Source of the DNA: an uncultured bacterium
Lineage (GTDB): Bacteria; Krumholzibacteriota; Krumholzibacteriia; LZORAL124-64-63
Reading direction: 5' to 3'
Assembly: GCA_963732385.1 (NCBI GenBank)
Contig: CAVSZB010000007.1
Span: forward strand, 960,001-1,024,000
DNA length: 64,000 nt
Part shown: piece by piece, positions 17,051 through 27,028 of the stretch
How positions within the stretch are numbered: position 1 is the stretch's first letter
How the letters are laid out: every line of letters begins with the position of its first letter
Position numbers and translations under genes: made by a program
Notes under the pieces: generated by a model
What the model was told of the DNA's origin: nothing
The model's input: the letters and a program-made list of their open reading frames with translations, nothing else
Database searches by the model: none

Positions 17051-18364
17051 ATGATCAGGATCTGCATGATCGGCACCGGTTACGTTGGACTCGTCTCAGG
17101 CGCCTGCATGGCGGACTTCGGCCACGACGTATGGTGCGTGGACATCAACGCCGAGCGGATCGCCGACCTCAAGAATGGGGTCATCCCGTTCTACGAGCCG
17201 GGACTCGACATCCTGGTCACCAGGAATGTCCAGGCGGACCGCCTGCATTTCACGACCTCGCTCGCCGAGGGGATGGCAGCCGCCGATGTGGTCTTCATCG
17301 CCGTGCAGACGCCGCAGTCGGAATCGGGCGAGGCGGACCTGCAGTATGTCATGCAGGTGGGCGCCGAGATCGGCCGGCTCATGACCGGCTACAAGGTGAT
17401 CGTCACCAAGAGCACGGTGCCGGTCGGCACGGCCCGCCATCTCGAACAGGTCATCCGGCAGGCGCAGCCGCAGCCGGTGCCGTTCGATCTCGCCAGCAAC
17501 CCTGAATTCCTGCGCGAGGGATCGAGCATCGAGGATTTCATGCGGCCTGACCGCGTCGTCATCGGCGCTGGGACCGAGCAGGCCGCCAACCTGGTCCGCG
17601 AGATCTACCGTCCACTCTACCTGCTCGAGACCCCGATCGTGATGTGCGGGATCGAGACGGCGGAGTTGATCAAGTATGCCTCGAATTCGTTTTTGGCGGT
17701 GAAGATCTCGTTCATCAACGAGATCGCGGCGCTGGCCGAGAGCGTCGGCGCCGACGTTTCGAAGATCGCCAGGTCGATGGGTCTGGACAAGCGCATCGGC
17801 GCCAAGTTCCTGCACGCGGGGCTCGGCTTCGGGGGCTCCTGCCTGCCCAAGGACACGCACGCGCTCGTGCACATCGGCCAGGAGGCGGGCGTCGACATGG
17901 CGATCGTGCGCGCGGCGATCGCGCGCAACGAGGAATTGCCGCGCCGCGCTTTCGCCAAGGCGCAGCGGCTGCTGCCCGCGGGGGCCGACACGGTCGCGCT
18001 GCTTGGCATCGCCTTCAAGCCCAACACCGATGACATCCGGGCCGCGGCGAGCCGGCCCCTGACCCGGCTGCTGCTCGACGCCGGCCTCAGGGTGCGCATC
18101 ACCGACCCCGTGGCGATGTCCATGTTCCACGGGATCTTCCCGGAAATCGTGCCGTGCGAATCGGCCTACGAGGCGGCGAGCGGCGCCCACCTCTGCATCC
18201 TGGTCACCGAGTGGAACGAGTTCCGCCAACTCGACCTGGACCGGCTGGGCACGGCGATGAAGCACCGGGCGTTCCTCGACTGCCGTAACGTCTACGACCA
18301 CGCGCGCCTGACCGCACACGGCTTCACCTACGACTGCTTCGGCCGACCGGCGCCCCGCGGCTGA
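17051..18364 (+). CDS. ugd: UDP-glucose/GDP-mannose 6-dehydrogenase
   Basis: GTGYVG, KSTVPVGT, SNPEFLREG, GFGGSCLPKD catalytic Cys, FKPNTDD. Confidence 0.95.
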   Translation: MIRICMIGTGYVGLVSGACMADFGHDVWCVDINAERIADLKNGVIPFYEPGLDILVTRNVQADRLHFTTSLAEGMAAADVVFIAVQTPQSESGEADLQYVMQVGAEIGRLMTGYKVIVTKSTVPVGTARHLEQVIRQAQPQPVPFDLASNPEFLREGSSIEDFMRPDRVVIGAGTEQAANLVREIYRPLYLLETPIVMCGIETAELIKYASNSFLAVKISFINEIAALAESVGADVSKIARSMGLDKRIGAKFLHAGLGFGGSCLPKDTHALVHIGQEAGVDMAIVRAAIARNEELPRRAFAKAQRLLPAGADTVALLGIAFKPNTDDIRAAASRPLTRLLLDAGLRVRITDPVAMSMFHGIFPEIVPCESAYEAASGAHLCILVTEWNEFRQLDLDRLGTAMKHRAFLDCRNVYDHARLTAHGFTYDCFGRPAPRG

Positions 18365-18395
18365 CCGCCCGGTCCGCGGTCAGGGAAGGACAGGC

Positions 18396-18851
18396 ATGAT
18401 CAACGGCGTCATCGTCAAGCCGCTCAAGGCGATTCCCGACGAACGTGGCTGGCTCATGGAGATGCTGCGCGCCGACGACCCGTTTTTCCAGGGATTCGGC
18501 CAGTGCTATCTGACTGCCGTCTACCCAGGCGTCGTCAAAGGGTGGCACTGGCATCGGCTGCAGACGGACCACTTCGTCTGCGTGCACGGCATGGCCAAAG
18601 TGGCCCTCTACGACCGCCGCGAAGATTCGCCCACTCACGGCGAAGTGAATGAGTTCTTCATGGGGGACCGCAACAACATCCTGCTCGTCATCCCAGCCGG
18701 AGTGCTGCACGGCATGAAGGGCATCGGCACGGAGACCGCCCGGATCCTGAACGTGCCGACCCATCCCTACAACCATGCCGAACCCGACGAATGCCGGGTC
18801 GATCCGCATGACAATGACATCCCCTACGATTGGTCCCGACGCGACTTCTGA
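18396..18851 (+). CDS. dTDP-4-dehydrorhamnose 3,5-epimerase family cupin (RmlC-like)
   Basis: DERGWL, VKGWHWH, DRREDSPT, IPAGVLHG. Confidence 0.88.
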   Translation: MINGVIVKPLKAIPDERGWLMEMLRADDPFFQGFGQCYLTAVYPGVVKGWHWHRLQTDHFVCVHGMAKVALYDRREDSPTHGEVNEFFMGDRNNILLVIPAGVLHGMKGIGTETARILNVPTHPYNHAEPDECRVDPHDNDIPYDWSRRDF

Positions 18852-18879
18852 TCCAAGCTACCAGGGCGAAAGGCCACGC

Positions 18880-20034
18880 ATGTCCGAAGCAGTGACAAAT
18901 AGCGTCCGCCGCTACGATCTCGTCACGCCCATGATCCCGTGCCGGGACGAGATCATGGCCGGGTTCGAGCGGATCCTGATGTCCGGCCAGTATGTTTTGG
19001 GCGAAGAGGTGCACGCGCTCGAGCGCGAGATGGCGGTCGCCTGCGGCACCGCCGACGCGGTGGGCGTCGACTCCGGCTCCTCCGCCCTGCACATGGCGCT
19101 GGAACTGGCTGGCGTTGGACCGGGCGTGGAGGTCATCACGACCCCCTACACGTTCCTCGCCACCGTCGAGGCGATCGTGCGCCTTGGCGGCACACCGGTG
19201 CTGGTGGACATCCGACCGCACGACCTGAACTTCGATCCGGCGCTCGTCGAGGCGGCGATCACGCCGCGTACGCGGGTCATCCTGCCGGTGCACATCTTCG
19301 GAGCGCCATGCGACATGGAACCGCTCCTGGCCATCGCGGCCCGTCACGGCCTCGACCTGATCGAGGACATGGCCCAGGCCTTCGGCTCCTTCCATCACGG
19401 CCGGCCGTGCGGTTCGTTCGGGCGGATGGCCTGCCTGAGCTTCTATCCGACCAAGAACCTCCCCGCGATGGGCGATGCCGGCATGGTCTTCTGCCACAAC
19501 GCCGACGACGCGGCGGCGTTGCGCCAGCTCCGCGGACACGAGGCCATCAGTGTGAACGGCCGGCTGCATCCCGGCTGGAACTACCGCATCGACGAAGTGC
19601 AGTCGATGGTCATCCGGGTGCGTCTGGCGCGCTTCAGCGACGAGCAGCGCGACCGTGACCGCGCGGCCGATATCTACAACGGGCTCATCCCCGACTCCAA
19701 CCGCCTGGCGGCCGCTGACGCCTCCCGCGGCGACCGGGTGACGCACCACCAGTACTGGGTGCGCTCCCGCCGTCGCGACGAACTGCAACGGATGCTCGCC
19801 GGGGAGGGGATCGACACCGGTCTCTACTATCATCCCCCCATCCACCGTCACCCGCTCGGCCAGCACTGCCGCGCGTCCGGTCCGCTCGTCGAGGCGGAAC
19901 GGGCAGGAGCGGAGGTCCTCACCCTGCCGATCCACCCCGCGCTGCCCGACGCGGCGGCACGCCGGATCGGCGGACTCGTCCGCGATTTCCTCCGCGCCGA
20001 GCAGACCGCGGCGCCTGTGAGCCCGGGAGGCTGA
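18880..20034 (+). CDS. DegT/DnrJ/EryC1/StrS nucleotide-sugar aminotransferase
   Basis: SGSSAL, TFLAT, PVHIFG, EDMAQA, SFYPTKNL (PLP Lys), LTLPIHP. Confidence 0.92.
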   Translation: MSEAVTNSVRRYDLVTPMIPCRDEIMAGFERILMSGQYVLGEEVHALEREMAVACGTADAVGVDSGSSALHMALELAGVGPGVEVITTPYTFLATVEAIVRLGGTPVLVDIRPHDLNFDPALVEAAITPRTRVILPVHIFGAPCDMEPLLAIAARHGLDLIEDMAQAFGSFHHGRPCGSFGRMACLSFYPTKNLPAMGDAGMVFCHNADDAAALRQLRGHEAISVNGRLHPGWNYRIDEVQSMVIRVRLARFSDEQRDRDRAADIYNGLIPDSNRLAAADASRGDRVTHHQYWVRSRRRDELQRMLAGEGIDTGLYYHPPIHRHPLGQHCRASGPLVEAERAGAEVLTLPIHPALPDAAARRIGGLVRDFLRAEQTAAPVSPGG

Positions 20035-20036
20035 TT

Positions 20037-21143
20037 TTGAAAACGCGCGCTCCGCTGACCCTCGGGTCCGCCCCCTCGCCACTGGCCCGCAATCAGGCGG
20101 CGGCCGTGTTGCGCAGCCTCCTGGAGGCTCATCCCCGGCTCGCCTGCGAGCAGGTGATCGTGCAGATCGCCTCCGGAGATACCGACGCAGCCGGCCCTTT
20201 CCTGGCGGAATCGCGTACGACCGCCCTGGCGCTCCACGCCAAACTGCTGGCGGGTGAATTCCGTCTGGCTGCGCACTACGCCGCCGACCTGGCCCTGCCA
20301 CTGCCCGACGGCCTCGTCCGCGCCGCGGTGCTGGAGCGCGAGACCCCCTTCGACGCCTTCCTCAACCGCCAGGGCCATATCACCGACGAGATGCCCGACG
20401 GCGCGCTGATCGGCGTGCTGAACCTGCGCGCGCGCGCCCAGATGCAGGCGCTATGGCCGCAGCTAGAGGTCCGGGTGCTGCGCGGCGGCGCCGAACGCGC
20501 CCTCGAATCGATGATGCGGCACGGTCTCGTGGACGGGCTGGTGCTGCCGGCCGTCGTCGCCGAGCACCTCGGAATCCAGGCTCTGGTTTCCGAATTGTAT
20601 TATCCCGAGATGATGCTGCCGGGCGGCGGGCAGGGGGTGGTGGTCGTCCTCGCGCGCGAGGACGACGAAGAAGCCCGCGAGGTGGCGCACTCCCTCCACT
20701 CGCAGGCCACGGCCTGGGAACTCGACGCCGAAATCGCCTTCGTGGAGCGGATCGCCTCCGATCTGGATCTGGCGGTGGGCGTCCTGGCGCGCGTGGACGG
20801 TAAGCGCATCCTGGTCACCGGCGCGATCGCTTCGCCCAGCGGCGACTCGGTGAATCGCGCCTCCCGCGACGGGCTGGCCGCGCAGGCCGTCAGCGTCGGC
20901 GCGGGTCTGGCCGAGCAATTGCTGCTCAGCGGCGATTCGCTGCTCGACCTGCTGGAAGCGGATTTCCCGGATGGATTGCCGACGTCGGACTCCGACGAGG
21001 AACTGGCGGACTCCGACGAGCACGGCGCCGCTCGCGGCAACCGCGGCGCCGCCGCCCGCCTGGCCGACACCGAGATACCGGAAGAGATGGATCTCGGCAC
21101 CGAGGAAGAGGACAACGACACCCAGGAAGACGAAGAGGACTAG
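20037..21143 (+). CDS. Hydroxymethylbilane synthase (HemC)-fold protein with a degenerate active site and acidic tail
   Basis: Colinear with HemC (SPLARNQA, SGD, H...DL, LERE.PFDA, LPGGGQG, AE.AF), but substrate arginines and the GGC cofactor Cys are missing; TTG start, GGGAGG RBS. Confidence 0.75.
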   Translation: MKTRAPLTLGSAPSPLARNQAAAVLRSLLEAHPRLACEQVIVQIASGDTDAAGPFLAESRTTALALHAKLLAGEFRLAAHYAADLALPLPDGLVRAAVLERETPFDAFLNRQGHITDEMPDGALIGVLNLRARAQMQALWPQLEVRVLRGGAERALESMMRHGLVDGLVLPAVVAEHLGIQALVSELYYPEMMLPGGGQGVVVVLAREDDEEAREVAHSLHSQATAWELDAEIAFVERIASDLDLAVGVLARVDGKRILVTGAIASPSGDSVNRASRDGLAAQAVSVGAGLAEQLLLSGDSLLDLLEADFPDGLPTSDSDEELADSDEHGAARGNRGAAARLADTEIPEEMDLGTEEEDNDTQEDEED

Positions 21144-22066
21144 CCGTCGGCGGGAGCGAGGCTTGCGGCGATGCCGGCCGCGGCGAACGGGTCGCGCATC
21201 TGGGCCGTCCCCACCTGAACCGCGACCGCGCCGAGCGCGAAAAACTTCAGGGCATCGTCCGCGGAGGCGACCCCCCCCACGGCCACGACCGGAATCCCCG
21301 TCTCCCGCACGATTTCGTCCACCTTCGCCAGCGCCACCGGCAGCACGCCCGGTCCGGTGTAACCGCCGAAGCGGCGGGGCAGGACCGGACGCCCCGAGCG
21401 CAGGTCCACCTCGATTCCGATGAGACTGTTGACCGCTGTCACTCCGTCGGCGCCGCCACGCCGCGCCGCCGCGGCGAGCAGGGCCACGCGCGCCACATTG
21501 GGGGTCAGCTTCGTCAGCAGCACGCGATCCGGGAGATGCGGACGTGCGGCCGCCGTGCATTCTTCGACCGTTGCCGGATCGGCGCCGAAGTCCACCCCGC
21601 CGTGCGCGACGTTGGGGCAACTGACGTTCAACTCCACCCCGTGCCAGCCCGGAACGTCGCGCGCCGCCACCGACAGCGCCGCGCACATCACACCGAAATC
21701 GCGTGGCGCAGTGCCGGCGAGGCTGACCACGAACGGCACGCGGCGCGCGGCCAGACCCGGCAGTTTCTCGGCCAGGAACGCGGCCAGGCCTACGTTTTCC
21801 AGGCCGATGGAGTTGAGCGCGCCGGTGGGCAGTTCGCACAGTCGGGGCTGGGGATTGCCGGTCCGCGGATCCGGGGTGACGGTCTTGGTCACGACCATGC
21901 CGACACCGGCGTAGGCCGAGTCGAACCCCTCGGCCGTGATGTCGTGAGCGTCCAGACCGTAGCCGAAGCAGCCGGAGGCAGTCCAGATCCGGCCCGGGAG
22001 TTCACGCGGGCCGAGCTGGAAGGGGGCGCGCACATCGAGACGCCACCAGTCCGGACGCGGGCTCAC
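21140..22066 (-). CDS. pyrD: Dihydroorotate dehydrogenase B, catalytic subunit
   Basis: ASGCFGYG, TKT, GNPQPR, NSIGLEN, ELNVSCPN, KLTPN; GTGA overlap with the pyrK stop. Confidence 0.92.
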   Translation of the reverse strand: MSPRPDWWRLDVRAPFQLGPRELPGRIWTASGCFGYGLDAHDITAEGFDSAYAGVGMVVTKTVTPDPRTGNPQPRLCELPTGALNSIGLENVGLAAFLAEKLPGLAARRVPFVVSLAGTAPRDFGVMCAALSVAARDVPGWHGVELNVSCPNVAHGGVDFGADPATVEECTAAARPHLPDRVLLTKLTPNVARVALLAAAARRGGADGVTAVNSLIGIEVDLRSGRPVLPRRFGGYTGPGVLPVALAKVDEIVRETGIPVVAVGGVASADDALKFFALGAVAVQVGTAQMRDPFAAAGIAASLAPADG

Positions 22067-22953
22067 GACCGCGTCTCCGACGAGACGCAACCACAGCCGC
22101 CGGGGGCGCCCGAGACGCCGAGGCTCCCCTCCCGGTGAACGAAGCGATCCCAATCCAGTTCGCGGGCCTCCAGCACCGGGCCGTCCTGGCAGGCCGTCAG
22201 CCACCCGCCACCGTGAGCCGGCACGACGCAGCCGCGGCAGGCGCCGTACCCGCAACCCATGCGCTCCTCCACCGAAACCAGGCACGGCCATCCGCGCGCA
22301 ACAGCGAGTGCGGCGGCGGCGCGCAACATCGGCAGCGGGCCACACGCCAACAACCGACGCGCCCCGGCGGACGCCCCCCCTCCGGCCGCGAGCACCGCCT
22401 CCGCCCGCGCCACGACCGTACCGTGCGCGACAGTCCGGCCGGTCGGCGCCGCTCCGGGGTTGTCCACCGCCACCTGCCAGTCCGGGCCGAGCAGTTCCCA
22501 GGGAACATCCCCGACGTCGCGCGCGCCGAAGCAGGCCAGATCGTCCGGACTCCCGTACCGCTCGCGCCAGGCCAGCAGCGGCGGCAGGCCGACCCCGCCG
22601 GCCAGCAGCAGGTGCGGCTCCGGCCCCGCCGGCGCCGGGAACGGTCGCCCGAGCGGCCCCAGCCAGGTCACCGTGGCCCCCGCGGACGCGACGGCAAAAG
22701 CGCCGGTCCCGCCACCCACCACGCGGTAGAGCAGCGATACGACCGGCCCTTCGCTCGCAAGGATCGAGAACGGCCGGGCGAAGACGCGCGCCCCGGGGCC
22801 GGTGAGGTTGACCATGGCGAACTGCCCCGGCGCGAACCTGAGCGGCTGCGGCAGCTCCAGTTCGAGCAGACGCAACCCACTCGCCGAGACCGGGCGCTGG
22901 CCGCCCAGGCGGGCCAGACAGCGCAACACCGGGGCGCCGGAAGCGTCGTTCAC
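22063..22953 (-). CDS. pyrK: Dihydroorotate dehydrogenase B, electron-transfer subunit
   Basis: PGQF, RPFS, GPLG, AGGVG, CGP, EERMGCGYGACRGC, CQDGPV. Confidence 0.92.
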   Translation of the reverse strand: MNDASGAPVLRCLARLGGQRPVSASGLRLLELELPQPLRFAPGQFAMVNLTGPGARVFARPFSILASEGPVVSLLYRVVGGGTGAFAVASAGATVTWLGPLGRPFPAPAGPEPHLLLAGGVGLPPLLAWRERYGSPDDLACFGARDVGDVPWELLGPDWQVAVDNPGAAPTGRTVAHGTVVARAEAVLAAGGGASAGARRLLACGPLPMLRAAAALAVARGWPCLVSVEERMGCGYGACRGCVVPAHGGGWLTACQDGPVLEARELDWDRFVHREGSLGVSGAPGGCGCVSSETRS

Positions 22954-24653
22954 GGACGCCGCCCTCCCGAAGACGGGACGCTGTCGACCGGCGCCGGCGC
23001 GGCGGGTGCCACGCCGATCGAATCGGGCATCGCCGGCGCAGCAGTTGCTGCGTCGACCGAATCGGACGGCGCCACAATCAGGACCGCCGACCCGGCTGGC
23101 GGGACCCACGCGGCCACGGTGTCGGCGACATCTGACTCCGGCGACTCCGGCCTGCCGCTTGCGTCGTCATCCGTCGCCACGAGCGCCCGCCGCGTCCGCT
23201 CGGCAAGCAGGAAACCGAGCAGGTCACCCTCCGCTCCGGCACGGACCGTGAAGGCCTGGGGTGTGCGCGGGAACTCCTGCTGCAGTCGCGCGAGCAACGT
23301 CGCCGCGGAGTCAGCCTGGGCGAGGCTGTCGCGATACACAAGGGCGGCCCCGTAAAGGGCGCGCGCGGCGACCGAGCTGTCCCGGGCCGCCAGACCGGCC
23401 ACCTCGAGGTACAGCGCGAGCGCCTGTCGCGGCCGACCGAGCCCGAGCAGGAGCGCATTGGCCTGGTTGAGCTTGAGTGTCGGCTGCCTGTCCTCTTTTG
23501 CCGATGTCAGGGCCAGCTCGGCGGCCTGATAGTCGCGCACGGCCTCCGCCAGACGGCGGGTTTCCAGCGGCTCGTAGAGGACGCCGGAGTTGCGCATCGC
23601 ATCACGGAGCTGCATGGCGGCCTCATCGAGCTTCCACTGCCGCAGATAGATACGCCCCAGCAGGTCGGCCGCGCGCGCGGCGACGATCGGCGTGCGCCAG
23701 TCCTTCGGCATGTTCTCGAGCAGGGGCGTCACCTCCTCCACGCGCCCCTGCGTAATCAGTCCCTCTGCCTCCACGAGCGCCACGTCACCGCGCGACTTGT
23801 AGACCTCGGCCTCTCCGCGCAGCACCGCCATCTCGCGCTCAGCGTCGTCGTGCCGGCCCAGTCGAGTCAGAACCCTCGCCAGCAGCAGTCGCGCGTCGAA
23901 GGCAAGTTCCCGCCGGGTCGTGGCGGCCAGCACGGCCTCGAGGCGTTGTCCGGCCCCCGCGTAGTCCTTCAGTTCGTACAATGTCACGCCCAGCTGGTAA
24001 CCCATGCGGTCCGCATCCGCTCCTTTGGGAAAGTTCTCCAGCCAGTCGCTGAAACCGGTGCGGGCCCCCTCCCAGTCCTTCAGCGCGAACTTGTTCTCGG
24101 CGCTGACCCGCAACGCCTCCGCCCGGAAGCGGCTCTCGGGGAAGCGTGTGCTCAGCCGCTCGATGGCCATGGTGGAGTTCGCGAGATCCCCTACGCCGAG
24201 GTAGTCCAGCGCCTGGATATAGATCGCCTCCTCCTCGTACGGCGTGCGGGGGTAGTTCGCGAACAGGAGATCGATTTTGGCGATCGACATGCGGTAGGCC
24301 GTCAGGCGGTAGTGCGCCTTCGCCATCAGAAACAGCGCGTCATCCATGAGATCGGATCCGGGATATTCGTCCAGAATCTTCTGGGTCTTCTGCAGCGCCA
24401 TCTCGTACTTCGACTTCTGGGAGGCGGTGGCCTGCTCGGCATCGACCCCCGCCTTCAGCTTGTCCTCGCGCTCCTGTTCGGCCTCCCGGAACGTCCTGTT
24501 CGCATTGAAGTAGGTGTTCCAGTGCGCGCAGCCGGCGGCCAGGACAGCGGCCAGAAGCGCAGCCGCGAGGGCCAGGCGCCGGCCACCAGGGAGCCGGTCA
24601 CGTCGTCGCGGGCCACCTTGCGGCATCGCGACCCGCAGCGGATCGAGGCACAT
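22950..24653 (-). CDS. Tetratricopeptide-repeat lipoprotein
   Basis: Lipobox LAAGC then AHWNTYFNA; multiple BamD-like TPR repeats (YPGS..MDDALF, FPESRFRAEAL); start 24626-24653. Confidence 0.8.
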   Translation of the reverse strand: MCLDPLRVAMPQGGPRRRDRLPGGRRLALAAALLAAVLAAGCAHWNTYFNANRTFREAEQEREDKLKAGVDAEQATASQKSKYEMALQKTQKILDEYPGSDLMDDALFLMAKAHYRLTAYRMSIAKIDLLFANYPRTPYEEEAIYIQALDYLGVGDLANSTMAIERLSTRFPESRFRAEALRVSAENKFALKDWEGARTGFSDWLENFPKGADADRMGYQLGVTLYELKDYAGAGQRLEAVLAATTRRELAFDARLLLARVLTRLGRHDDAEREMAVLRGEAEVYKSRGDVALVEAEGLITQGRVEEVTPLLENMPKDWRTPIVAARAADLLGRIYLRQWKLDEAAMQLRDAMRNSGVLYEPLETRRLAEAVRDYQAAELALTSAKEDRQPTLKLNQANALLLGLGRPRQALALYLEVAGLAARDSSVAARALYGAALVYRDSLAQADSAATLLARLQQEFPRTPQAFTVRAGAEGDLLGFLLAERTRRALVATDDDASGRPESPESDVADTVAAWVPPAGSAVLIVAPSDSVDAATAAPAMPDSIGVAPAAPAPVDSVPSSGGRRP

Positions 24654-24687
24654 GACGTGGACTCTCCGTCCCAGGGGGATGTCGTCT

Positions 24688-26034
24688 TCAGGAACCTTTC
24701 CGCGGCCCCTGGACCATCAGACTACCGTTGGCGTCGTGCCAGGTCAATCGGCCGCGCAGGAAGGTGGCCTTGACCCGCCCGTGGAGACTCTGCCCGGCAA
24801 ACGCCGTATTCCTGCTCTTGGCCAGCAGCGCGCGCGGCTCGACGACCCAGACCTCGTCGGGATCGAACAGCACGAAGTCGGCTTCGTTCCCCTCTTCCAG
24901 GCGCCCCACGGGCAGGTTCATGAGCTGCGCCGGCCGCTCGCTCATCAGGTACACGAGCTGGCCGAGATCGAGCCGGCCCTCCCGCACCAGATAGGTGATC
25001 CCGACCGCCAAAGATGTCTCCAGCCCGATGACACCGAACGGCGCCTGATCGAACTGCAACTCCTTCTCGGTGGCCGTGTGGGGCGCGTGGTCGGTCGAAA
25101 TGCAGTCGAGCACACCGTCGGCCAAAGCCTGCGCCACGGCGGCGACATCCTCGGACTCGCGCAACGGCGGGCTCATCTTGAACAGCGGCGAGTAGCCGCG
25201 GCAGCAGGAATGATCGAGCGCGAAGTGATGCGGCGTCGCCTCGGCGGACACCCGCACGCCCTCCTCCTTCGCCCGCCGCACCAGTTCCACCGAGCCGCGG
25301 GTCGAGACGTGGGCCACATGCAGACGGCTGCCCGTGGCGCGGGCGAGCTCGATGTCACGGCAGGTGCCGGCGTCCTCGGCGGCGCGCGGCAGCCCTTCGA
25401 GGCCGAGGCGCGTGGACCAGTAGCCCTCGTGCATGACGCCGGAGCCGGCCAGGGTGCGGTCTTCCGCATGGGCGATGATCGGCACGTCGAACATCAGGGC
25501 GTACTCGAGGGCGTTGCGCATCAGCGCCCCGTTCGCCACCGCGGCCCCGTCGTCCGTGAAGCCGACCGCCCCCGCATTCACCATCTCGCCGAACTCGGTC
25601 AGGACCTCCCCGGCGCGGCCCACGGTGATGGCGCCGGTGGGATAGACCCGGCAGAGGCCTGTCTCGTTGCCGCGGTCGATGAGGTAACGGACGAGCCCCT
25701 GGTTGTCTATCGCCGGCTGGGTGTTCGGCATCGTCACGACGGCGGTGAATCCGCCGGCGGCGGCCGCACGGCTGCCGGTGGCGACCGTCTCCTTCTCCTC
25801 CTGCCCCGGCTCCCGGAAATGCACGTGCAGATCGACCAGGCCGGGCGCGCAGACGAGCCCCCCGGCGTCGAGCGCAGGCAGCCCCTCGACCGTCGGCGTC
25901 CCCACGCCGGTCGCCTCCACGCGCCCCTTGCGCACGTGCAGAAAGCCCCGCCGTCCGGCCAGCTTGCCGCCGCGGCACAGGCGCGTGTTCGTCACCAGGT
26001 ACTCGGCGGGGATATTATTCCAGTTCCAGTCCAT
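24688..26034 (-). CDS. pyrC: Dihydroorotase (type I)
   Basis: DLHVHFREPG, MPNT, HAED, HVAHVST, KMSPPLR, TDHAPH, SRNT. Confidence 0.95.
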   Translation of the reverse strand: MDWNWNNIPAEYLVTNTRLCRGGKLAGRRGFLHVRKGRVEATGVGTPTVEGLPALDAGGLVCAPGLVDLHVHFREPGQEEKETVATGSRAAAAGGFTAVVTMPNTQPAIDNQGLVRYLIDRGNETGLCRVYPTGAITVGRAGEVLTEFGEMVNAGAVGFTDDGAAVANGALMRNALEYALMFDVPIIAHAEDRTLAGSGVMHEGYWSTRLGLEGLPRAAEDAGTCRDIELARATGSRLHVAHVSTRGSVELVRRAKEEGVRVSAEATPHHFALDHSCCRGYSPLFKMSPPLRESEDVAAVAQALADGVLDCISTDHAPHTATEKELQFDQAPFGVIGLETSLAVGITYLVREGRLDLGQLVYLMSERPAQLMNLPVGRLEEGNEADFVLFDPDEVWVVEPRALLAKSRNTAFAGQSLHGRVKATFLRGRLTWHDANGSLMVQGPRKGS

Positions 26035-26077
26035 CGTCGGCTCCCTTATTCCCGGACCGGGACACGCCCGGCTGGCG

Positions 26078-27028
26078 CTAGTCCGTTTCGCCACCGCGCA
26101 GCGACCCGGGGTCGCCGCCGGAAAGCAGGTAGATGATCGCCATGCGCACCGCCACGCCATTGGTGACCTGATCGAGGATCACCTGGCGCGGCCCGTCGGC
26201 GACCTCGGAGCTGATCTCCACATCACGGTTCATCGGTCCCGGATGCATGATGAAGCAGTCCGGCTTGAGCAACTGGACGATCTCCTCGGTGATCCCGAAC
26301 ATGCGGTGATATTCCCGGTTGCTGGGGAACACGGCGCGGCTCTGGCGCTCGAGCTGGACACGCAGCACGTTCAGGACGTCCGCGTCGGCCACGGCGCGCC
26401 GAAGGTCGTACTCCATCCGGACCCCGAGCCGCTCCACCTCCGGCGGCATCATCGTCGGCGGCCCGCACACCGTCACGTGAGCGCCCAGCTTGGTCAGGCC
26501 CCAGATGTTCGACCGCGCCACGCGGCTGTGCGCGATGTCGCCGATGATCGTGACCCGGCGCCCGGCCAGATCGCCAAGGCGCTGGCGCATCGTCATGAGA
26601 TCGAGCAGGCCCTGGGTCGGGTGCTCGTGCGCGCCGTCGCCGGCGTTGACGACCGAGCTCCTGAGCACGCGCGCCAGGTAGACCGCCGCCCCCGGCGAGG
26701 CGTGGCGCATGATGATCATGTCGATCTTCATCGCCTCGATGTTCTCGGCGGTATCGCGCAGCGTCTCCCCCTTCTTGAGACTGCTGGTGGAGGCGCTGAA
26801 ATTGACGATGTCCGCAGAGAGCCGCTTCTCGGCCAGCTCGAAGCTGATCCGCGTGCGGGTGCTCGGCTCAAAGAACAGGTTCACCACCGTCCGACCGCGC
26901 ATGATCGGCACCTTGCGCACCGGGCGGTCGAAGATGGCCCGGAACTGCCCCGCCACGTCGAGGATGCCGAGGATCTCTTCGGCCGACAACTCCTCCAGCC
27001 CCAGCAGGTCCTTGCGCTTGAGGATCAT
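26078..27028 (-). CDS. pyrB: Aspartate carbamoyltransferase catalytic subunit
   Basis: FFEPSTRTR, KGETL, HPTQ, HSRVARSN, RVQLER, HPGP. Confidence 0.97.
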   Translation of the reverse strand: MILKRKDLLGLEELSAEEILGILDVAGQFRAIFDRPVRKVPIMRGRTVVNLFFEPSTRTRISFELAEKRLSADIVNFSASTSSLKKGETLRDTAENIEAMKIDMIIMRHASPGAAVYLARVLRSSVVNAGDGAHEHPTQGLLDLMTMRQRLGDLAGRRVTIIGDIAHSRVARSNIWGLTKLGAHVTVCGPPTMMPPEVERLGVRMEYDLRRAVADADVLNVLRVQLERQSRAVFPSNREYHRMFGITEEIVQLLKPDCFIMHPGPMNRDVEISSEVADGPRQVILDQVTNGVAVRMAIIYLLSGGDPGSLRGGETD

